DNA of 64,000 nucleotides, from NCBI GenBank assembly GCA_951406725.2, contig OX597814.1, forward strand, positions 132,060,001-132,124,000, read 5' to 3'. The notes beneath the pieces were generated by a model, which saw only the letters and a program-made list of their open reading frames with translations, was not told the origin of the DNA and did no database searches. The first letter of the stretch is position 1. Every line of letters starts with the position of its first letter. This DNA is from Octopus vulgaris (lineage: Eukaryota). Of the stretch, positions 51,700 through 64,000 are shown piece by piece. The position numbers and the translations under genes were made by a program.

Positions 51700-52140
51700 A
51701 TACTGAGCAAATGTGAATTTCCTCATCTCAAAGTTTCCGCATCTCAAAGTTTGTTCCGTTCTAGAATTTATTACATTACCCATAGACGGAAAAATTTGGT
51801 AAATTTCTTCTAAGCATAAGCCACATATTTTTGTTCCTGGTCTTTATGGTTTTGCAGTACAAATTCGCAATTGATAGTACATTCATTGTTTTTTTGTCTT
51901 TAACAGACCAGGTTAATTTCTTAATCTTGTTTTGGAATATTTCATTTTTATCTCTAAATGAACTCAAATGATTTGCTAGTCTCCTCTTGGAAATTATTGA
52001 TGTCGTACTAATGTAAAAGTATTCATTCACCTCAGATGTAACTCTGCATCTATATATTATATTTTTAGCCTCACACTTATTTTTCACATTACAGGATTCC
52101 CCTTTAGAACAATGAAAAGGCATATTTAAAAAAATTCTCT
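51700..52140 (-). mobile_element. Penelope-like element GIY-YIG endonuclease remnant
   Basis: Minus ORF C....C...KCEAKNIIYRCRV....YFYISTT....KRRLANHLSSFR; a truncated copy lies at ~34450-34672. Confidence 0.72.
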
Positions 52141-52689
52141 CAGGTTTCCTTTAATTTGATAATTCATTGTAAAATCAAATTCATTGACACCAAGTTCTTT
52201 ATTACTATTTACTCTTAGATAACGTTATCTTTGTTGTATTTCGAGTTGATTTGTTTTTATTCGATTCAGCGTTACTATGTTAAATTAGGTTGTTTTCCTT
52301 TCGGCAACTTTTAAATTGTTAGCGTATACATATATACAAGCTCAAACGCTTATATATATATATACATATATACACATATATCTGTGTATATATTTGTATA
52401 TGAATTATATGTGTATGCACACAAATTTATATACTTTTTACTTATATATACATGGGTATATATATGTGTATATATACAGATGGAATACAAAGGTATTGGC
52501 TAAAGAACTTTACACAGCTGCATGAAAGAATAGCTGCACAACTGTATGACTGCCTTCAGCAAGGTCATGTCCCTATCGGATGATAAGCGGACGAACTTTG
52601 TTATGTATCAAGAAGTCTTTGAAACTTGAACGGTAACTTGGCATCAAACTTTCGACCTATAACTTGTTGACTACTACTTAAGTGGAAGC

Positions 52690-54168
52690 TTATGACTGAT
52701 GTCTTAGCGGAAACGTTATATAATCATCTGAAGAGTAACAATTTAAATTCAGAAGAACAGAAAGGTTGCAGAAAAGAAAGTAGGGCACAAAAGACCACGT
52801 ATTAATTGATAACATGAAAATTAGAACTTGTAGATGCTGATTGATGGGACTAAACGTAGCATGGTTACTGTATAAGAAAGCATATGACATGGTACCGTAC
52901 AATGAGCATATTTGGAATGGCAGAAAATATGGGAGAAATTGCTGAATGAAAGTGTGAACATTGGAATAGTAAATTGATTTTATATATACGACTGGCTTCT
53001 TTCAGTTTCCGTCTACCAAATCCACTCACAAGGATTTGGTCGGCCCGAGGCTATAGTAGAAGACACTTGCCCAAGGTGCCACGCAGTGGGACTGAACCCG
53101 GAACCATGTGGTTGGTAAGCAAGCTACTTACTACACAGCCACTCCTACGCATGAAAGTGTATACAAATGAAAAAAAAAAGCCTACTACAATATCTACAGA
53201 ACAACGCAGAGAAATCACTAAACACTGGTAATAAGGAACAGGTGATCAAATGTAGAATAGAAGAAACGGTAAAAAAAATGAAATTCAAAGAGAGCATTTT
53301 AAACAGATTGCAAAGAAACCTTTGCATAATCAGATTTGGAAAGCAATTGAGGATGTATGTGAAACAAAACGCTTCACTTCGTTACAGAAAGGACAATTAA
53401 AAAAACAAAAAACAAAACAGAAAGCCTAATTATAGCAACGAAAAATCAAGCGATCAAAATAAACTTGAGAAAATATGAATATAGGGTGAAGATTTCAGAA
53501 AAAAGTAGAGTCTGAGGAATTTGGAATGAGACAGTGGAACAAACTGTTGCAAAATGTCCCAAGTTGGCACAGAAAGAATATAAAAATGAAGGCATGACCA
53601 AGTTGTGAAAATTTCACTCTGGAAGCTTTGTAAGAAATGTGGATTTGAAGCTGGAACAACATGGTGTATTAATTGAGTCGAAAGTTTGATGGAGTTGAAG
53701 AAATGCAAAGATCTATGGGATTTTCCTATTCAGACATATAAAAAGATAGAAAACCAAAAACCAGACATAACAATAATACACAAAGAAATGTGAAGTTTGC
53801 TTACTAATTCAATCCGTCATGTCTGCTTTATTCCGCCATTCTAAAGAATGAGTATGAAAAACACAAAAAATGCAATCTCTTAAAATTGGAAATTGCAAGA
53901 ATTTGGAGAATAAAACCTGTAAATTATGTGCCCGTAATAACTGGTACATTGGTGCAAAGGTAAAGACAATGGTTGAATTAGATTGGCATAGGATGTCCTG
54001 TAGAGTTTCTATAGAAAGTTTGCCACTTAGCGACAGGAAAGTTTCTGAGGAGGGCTTTAAGTAACTGAGAGATTATTGAACGCTTGTGGATACTTAACGC
54101 TACAGGTCGTAACACAGTGCCCACACAATTTCTACCAGGAATAAGAACGAACCCGAGTCAAATCACAA
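52690..54168 (+). mobile_element. Degenerate R4-like LINE fragments interrupted by SINE A (~52985-53150)
   Basis: EEQKGCRK, YKKAYDMVP, CPKLAQKEYK.RHDQV, WDF.IQT and PDI remnants; ends at (GAT)n. Confidence 0.65.
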
Positions 54169-54181
54169 ATGATGATGATGG

Positions 54182-54261
<80 letters not shown>

Positions 54262-54972
54262 GTGGTGGTGATGATGGTGATGATGATGATGATGATGATG
54301 ATTATTATGATGATAGTAATAATAATAACTAGCCGGACCCGTGAAAAATACACGGAAAACAAAAAAATGTAAGCATCGGTAAACAGTGTACTGGTACCAC
54401 GGGAAATATTTGTATATTATGACTGTCTGTCTTTACGTCTTGAGTTCAAATTCTGTCGAGGTCGACTTTGTCTTTCGTCCTTTCGGGGTTGATGAATTAA
54501 GGAGCAGTTGTGTACTGGGGGTCGATCTAATCAACTGCTCCGCCTTCAGGCCTAGAAAATTATATTGTGACAATTACAGAATATAGAAAGTAATGTAACA
54601 CCAATGAATATATAATCCAACCAAAATATACAAAGGTAAACGGAATTACTATTTAGCTTTAAAATACATGCAACATATTCAAAGAACCTTCTTGGTTTAG
54701 TGGTACAGAAAGTTTCTCAGGTATTCTTTTACTTGTTTCAGTCATTTGACGGTGGCCATGCTGGAGCACCACACTTTAGTCAAAGAAATTGACTCCTGGA
54801 CTTATTCCCTGTAAGCCTGGTGCTTATTCTATCAGTCTCTTCTGCTGAACTGCTAAATTACTAGGACGCAAACGTACCAACATCGGTTGCCAAGTAATGG
54901 TAGTGGTGGTGGGACAGACACACACATATACATACATACATACATACATACATACATACATACATACATACA

Positions 54973-55008
<36 letters not shown>

Positions 55009-55480
55009 TATGAGGGGCTTGGAGGTAGTGGTGATGCTGGTTGGTGCGATTTTGTGGTTTGCTGGTATGCCGAGAGAGATACTGGTTCCCCGATCTTAAA
55101 GGTGTAATATTGATGTGTAATGATGACACATCAACAAATGAGCCAGAAATTCTAACTTAAAATATTTAGAAAGTAAAAGACAACGTTGTATTCCGAAGCC
55201 AAAAGATGTTTTTTTTAGCGGATATGTAATTTTATAATGAAATCGGGAATCCGGGCCCATGAGCCTAGCTAGGCTTTAAAAGGGCGCATTTATTTATTTT
55301 ATACATTACGTAGATCAGCAAGCTGGATAACACTTCTAACTACATACATATAAAAATATTTCCATCAATTTTTTTCATACATTCAAAATGCATCAACTGC
55401 GGAATATGTACGTAATGGAAACATTTCCTATCGCATATTACACAAACCAGAAAGTTACTCATTAAAACTTTACGCATTAA

Positions 55481-55900
55481 AAGGCGGCGAGCTGGCAGAA
55501 TCGTTAGCACGCCGGGCGAAATGCTTAGCGGTATTTCGACTGCCGCTACGAGCTGAGTTCAAATTCCGCCGAGGTCGACTTTGCCTTTCATCCTTTCGGG
55601 GAAAATAAATTAAGTACCAGTTACGCACTGGGGTCGATGTAATCGACTCAATCCGTTTGTCTGTCCTTGTTTGGCCCCTCTGTGTTTAGCCCCTTGTGGA
55701 TAGTAAAGAAATAGGTATTTCGACTGCCCCTTCGAGCTGAGTTAAAATTCCGCTGAAGTCGACTTTACCTTTCATCCTTTCGGGGTCGATTAAACAAGTA
55801 CCAGTTACGCACTGGCGGTTGATGTAATCGACTTAATCCCTTTGTCTGTTCTTGTTTGTCTTCTCTATGTTTAGCCCCTTGTGGGTAATAAAAAAATAAG
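55481..55900 (+). mobile_element. SINE family B with duplicated body
   Basis: GGCGGCGAGCTGGCAGAATCGTTAG head; body repeated at 55530-55712 and 55713-55900; flanked by AAACTT(T)ACGCATTAAAA direct repeats (TSD-like). Confidence 0.85.
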
Positions 55901-56087
55901 AAACTTACGCATTAAAATATTTTAAAGTATCAAAACTTGGTTTGGTTTCATTATTACAGTTATATATATATTAATTGACTCTCTGTCTGATGAAATTCAG
56001 ATATGAAATTTCTATCTAATTGATATAAGCAGATAAAACATGTGTAATTTCGAATAAATTGTACCCCATCAAATTCTCTAACTTTCT

Positions 56088-56530
56088 GTGTGTATGTGTA
56101 AAACCATAAAAGAATATACAGAGTCCAGAACTTTTATTAGTTATATGTAATAGCAGCCAAGATAATGCAATGCGTATTTATACAACTGATGCGGAAGGTC
56201 TTGGCATCTATACAAAAACTGTCATTGAAGTCACGCAATTGCTGTACGTTCATTCGTTCCAAATCTCATGAGCTGTGCTTTGAAGAATGTTAAGATTTTT
56301 CTATAAAGGCGGAACTGACTATAACAAACATAAACAATGTGTTGGCGCCGCGTTGCTTATATCTATGCTTGTTTTTGTCAAGTGTATACAAATTAACGAA
56401 TATCCTGCATATTTTTAATTGATTCGTTATAATTCGTCGTTATAGAATAGTGTTTTCGGTATCACAAACAGCAAAATATATCCGAGTTATTTTCACCTTC
56501 ACTAGACTTTCTCGAAAAATAAGAGAAACA
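56088..56530 (+). repeat. ~430-bp block with diverged inverted copy at ~59895-60335
   Basis: For example CAGCAAAATATATCCGAGTTATTTTCACCTTCACTAGACTTTCTC vs its reverse complement at 59911-59955. Confidence 0.8.
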
Positions 56531-56948
56531 TTACGAATCCGGTTGTCAACTGAGTCTATCATAATGACCGAACCGCTGACATTCGTTGGCAAGTGTAGTA
56601 GTTTCCTGAACCTGGTGGTTATTGTGAAAGAAGTGGTATCGTAGACAAAGTGGAAAATTTTGAGAACAAAGCTTTTCAATACAAGATATACATTCATAGA
56701 AAAACTGAGAAGATAAGGGCATCGAAGGAACCGTATTCCTCCAGTGATGTCCAAAAAGTTGCGCGAAAATTGTGAAATGAAATCTCTACAGATGTGTCAG
56801 CCGCAGTTCGTGCCTGCACATCATCTCCCACTGCATCACGTGACTGTTCATGGTAAGAATAAATATATGGCATTAAAGTAATTCTAGTTTGTAAATATTG
56901 ATAAAACTTGCACAGGATCATGGGATTTTTGTTACTCTTGTTGAATAT

Positions 56949-57166
56949 ACTCTTTACTCTTTTACTCTTTTACTTGTTTCAGTCATTTGACTGCGGCCAT
57001 GCTGGAGCACCGCCTTTAATCGAGCAACTCGACCCCGGGACTTATTCTTTTGTAAGCCCAGTATTTATTCTATCGGTCTCTTTTGCCGAACCGCTAAGTT
57101 ACGGGGACATAAACACACCAGCATCGGTTGTCAAGCAATGCTAAGGGGACAAACACAGATACACAA

Positions 57167-57199
<33 letters not shown>

Positions 57200-57608
57200 C
57201 ATATATACGACGGGCTTCTTTCAGTTTCCGTCTACCAAATCCACTCACAAGGCTTTGGTCGGCCCAAGGCTATAGTAGAAGACACTTGCCCAAGATGCCA
57301 CGCAGTGGGACTGAACCTGGAACCATGTGGTTGGTTAGCAAGTTACTTACCACACAGCCACTCCTGTTCATCAATATGTTCATCAATTTTGTAGACTTTC
57401 TTTGACATTGAACATCTTTGTTAACCACGGACACTGGTGATTTCCTTCTACGTACTTATTAAACTAAAAAAATTATGTTGATTTTAATAACTTTTGTTTT
57501 CCACACACACACACTCTCACATACACACACATATGTTTTATTTGTGATCTTTTTAATATATCCAACAATGCGGAGTTGAGTACTCATTTTCATCGTTCCA
57601 CATTTACT

Positions 57609-57665
<57 letters not shown>

Positions 57666-58070
57666 TCTTTTACTCTTTTACTTGTTTCAGTCATTTGACT
57701 GCGTCCATGCTGGAGCACCGCCTTTAGTCGAGCAACTCGACCCCGGGACTTATTCTTTGTAAGCCCAGTACTTATTCTATCGGGCTCTTTTGCCGAACCG
57801 CTAAGTGACGGGGACGTAAACACACCAGCATCGGTTGTCAAGCAATGCTAGAGGGACAAACAGAGACACACAAACATATACATACACATACATACATATA
57901 TATACATATATACGACAGGCTTCTTTCAGTTTCCGTCTACCAAATTCACTCACAAGGCATTGGTCGGCACGAGGCTATAGCAGAAGACACTTGCCCAAGA
58001 TGCCACGCAGTGGGACTGAACCCAGAACCATGTGGTTGGTAGGCAAGCTACTTACCACACAGCCACTCCT
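56949..58070 (-). mobile_element. Two full-length SINE A copies (56949-57365, 57663-58070)
   Basis: Consensus match. Confidence 0.85.
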
Positions 58071-58200
58071 GTGTGTCATTGAGACCCAACGGTATCAGGT
58101 AATGCTGAATAAGTGCTATAGACAGACAATTGTTAAGTTCTAGATTCGGTGATTTTGCGATTAAGGGGTTCAACGTTGGTCATGTCAGCGTGTGTGTATA

Positions 58201-58769
58201 TAAGAATTTTTTGCGTAATGAGATAAAAAAACCAAGGCTGTGTAGATATTAGGACATTTATATATAGAAGGTCTTAGAGCTGTTTCCAAGATATTTATTC
58301 ATTATATCCCTTCATCGGAGACGGTGTTAGAGGATGGTTAAGTAATAGTTAATTTAGATAGGATACAAAATAGAGAGTGAGGTGGAGGAAAGAAAATAGA
58401 TGTGAGACATGTAGGGGTATTAAATTTGTAGATCCATTTTATAGGTATATATGTAGGATTCCAATACCTTATGAATACTGTTGGATTTTTCTCATATGGT
58501 ATTGACATGCTACATATCTACCATTCTGCCTATAAAATGGATCCACAAATTCAATATCCCTACATATCTCACATCTATTTTCATTCCTCCACCTCACTTT
58601 CTATTTTGTATCCTATCTAAATTAACTATTACTTAACCATCCTCTCACACGCCTCCGATGAAAGGATATAATTAATAAATATCCTGGAAACAGCTGTAAG
58701 ACCTTCTATCTATAAATGTTATAATATCTACACAGCCTTGGTTTTTATCTCATTACGCAAAAAAAATCT

Positions 58770-58771
<2 letters not shown>
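58201..58771. repeat. ~570-bp palindrome with a hammerhead-like motif in each arm
   Basis: 58201-58470 is the imperfect reverse complement of 58492-58771; the right arm end matches 5181-5328. Confidence 0.85.
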
Positions 58772-58807
<36 letters not shown>

Positions 58808-61377
58808 AATGACACCGAGTCCACATTTAATGATGAGAAAACAGCGGGAGTGGAAGTTCCATGGAGGAAAGTTTAACAAGTAGGGAATTTAACGAGACAT
58901 CAACGGGACGTTTAACATTAACTTCTCCCACTCTGAGTTTCACATGTGGTAATAATTACATAGAACTAAACTAGTAATCTCATTATATATAAGAAAACTT
59001 TAATGGTGTTCTTAAGTGTATTTATATTTTAAATTCTATTTTCCTTAGGTTAATTAGCAAAATTCTGCTATCGATGTCTACTATTCTGCACAAGAAAAAT
59101 TCTTGTAATCCAATGAAATTAAGAAATTGTATCACATTTAAAAAGTGAAGAAGCTCAGATTTTATTTGTAAAATATTACCGCCTCTTCCGCATAAAAAGG
59201 TTTGGATTTTATGCTAATTTAAAAAAAGAAACCAACGTGGTATGTTAGTCGCAAGAAGAGATTATAAATTCTGAGGTGCGACACCAGTTTTTGTTCCTTT
59301 ATATTGAGAAAAATTGGTCCAGTTTCCCGGTTTCCTTAGCGTATAGGTTCCCCACCAGGACGGGACGCCGGTCCGTCGCAGGTGAGCTACTAGATGCAGG
59401 AGGAAAGAAGGAGAGAAAGTTGTGGCGAAAGAGTCAGCAGAAGTTCGCCTTTACCTTCTGCCGGAGCCGCGTGGAACTTAGGTGTTTCACTCATAAACGC
59501 ACACATTGCCCGGTCTGAGATTCGAACCCATGATCCCTCGACCGCGAGTCCGATGTTCTGACCACTGGGCCATGTGCTTCCACATCATAAACGATACATA
59601 TTCCCAATTTTCTTCAACCCATAGAGTAACTTTTGTCATATGAAAGAAAAACATTATATTGCTCAAAGTGATGAAACGGGCTAAAAGTCAGAAAACTAGC
59701 TTGGACGGCTAGGCCAATCTTATGAAATTGCTTTAGACAGGCAAATGGTTAAGGAAGTATATTCCATTGTGCAGTATAACGAACATAACCTGTATCCATT
59801 TGTGAAATATAATCCCCTTTTTCCATCAGAAATAATAAGTGGTAGGATTTTCGTTTTCCACTTGGAAATATACATTTGAGACAAGACCATTTTTGTTTCT
59901 CTTATTTCTTGAGAAAGTCTAGTGAAGGTGAAAATAACTCGGATATATTTTGCTGTTTATGATAACGAAAACACTAAGATATAACGACGAATTATAACGA
60001 ATCAATGAAAAATATACAGGATACTCGTTAATTTTTATACACTTGATAAAAACAAGCATGGATACATGCAACCTGACACCAACGCGTTTGTAACAATCAG
60101 TTCCGCCTTTATGGAAAAATCTTAACACTCCTCATAGTACAGCTAGTGAGACTTCAAGCAGATGTACGGCCATTGTGTGACTTCAATGGTAATTATTGTA
60201 TATGTGCCAAGGTCTTCCGTAACAATTGTATAAATATGTATTGCAGTTAGTAAAACCATTATCTTGGTTGCTACTATATATAAATAATAAAAAGTTCTGG
60301 ACTATGTATAGTGTTTTATGTTTACGCACACACATACACACATGCGCGACACCAGTTTTTGTTCATTTATATTGAGAAAACTTAGGAGTGGTTGGGTTGC
60401 TTAATAAGAGATCGCTACAGTTGAAGTTGGACATACCTAAGATATTTGAAATTATTTATCGTCTTTCACATCACATTAGACAACGGTCACGATAAGTAGG
60501 TTTTGCACAAGCAAATACGAACATATTCACATACATTAATAAAACATACTCTTCTTCCTGTCCGTGTCAGTGTCTCTGATCATATCCCTAGTGATAAAAA
60601 TGGAGGGAGGGGAAGAAAAGCTTAAGAACTGGGGAATACAGAAAAAAGAACAAAGCAATTCCAATACCATATCGAGCCCCCACCCCACGCACATCAGCAA
60701 TTTAAAACTTACAATTATTTATCGTCTTCGCATTGTATTGGACACTGGTCACGATAACATGGATAGTTGAACTCCTTATCTCACAGGAAGAGAACACAGA
60801 TGTTGCCAGTTCTGTCGGTTTATATTTTTAAGAAATCCTGTTTTCGTTACAATATTCAAAATGTCTGTGGAATGATGATGCTGGTGTCTCATATTTTTAG
60901 GAATCCGGCAGTAGCCTATTTGATTAACCCTTTGCTTGTCTTGTGTATCACGTGAGATACTAGACATCTGTCTGATAAGGGTACACCAGGCACATGCATC
61001 ACAGCCATATTTGCGCGATATGGTGATCTTATATCATAATTAAAAAGCGCATGACCTTGTAGGTAAAAGGTTTGTTTAAGCAAGATGGACGAAACACCCA
61101 TGTTTCCAAAGGAGAATTATTAAAACCCCAAAGAATTCCTCTCAATACTTGGCTATAATGCTCCCTCACTACTTCTACTCGTCATCAGTGATGCACATAT
61201 CGTCCGCCACCAAGTGGGTAAGGTCAAACAACTGACAAACAAATCTGTGGTATTGAGCAGAATATATACTGTAGCCCATCTTTTATACCAAGGCAAAATA
61301 ATATACATGATAACACTTCCAATCAGTTAAGATCAGAAACCATGAGAGCCACTGCCTGGTACTGCATCAGATCATTT

Positions 61378-61426
<49 letters not shown>

Positions 61427-61439
61427 CCATTTTTATCAT

Positions 61440-64000
<2,561 letters not shown>

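Noticed and set aside
55987-56060. CTGATGA...TTTCGAAT hammerhead candidate (similar weak hit at ~37126-37165)
   Set aside because: GAAA box or stems I/III are missing.

Overview
Eukaryotic, AT-rich, microsatellite- and transposon-dense DNA. The SINE families and gene content suggest an octopus/coleoid genome (inference). The only clear host genes are three tandem, two-exon interleukin-17-like cytokine genes on the + strand (about 29.9-32.3, 38.1-39.6 and 47.1-49.6 kb). The first and third lie in a recent ~10-12 kb segmental duplication (22.8-34.7 kb vs 41.8-52.0 kb). Their introns are ~99% identical, but the mature-cytokine exons differ by 24 amino-acid replacements against ~4 silent changes. 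The middle gene has lost its exon-1 ATG and a cystine-knot cysteine. The rest is mobile DNA: R4/Dong-like RLE LINEs in (TAA)n, RTE and CR1-like LINE ends, mariner relics, a Helitron with an empty orthologous site, a HINE, tRNA-derived SINEs and Penelope-related remnants. Several unrelated minimal type-I hammerhead ribozyme motifs sit in short non-coding, mostly (TA)n-associated, terminally redundant or palindromic elements (retrozyme-like). All alignments and counts were done by eye, and repeat boundaries are approximate.
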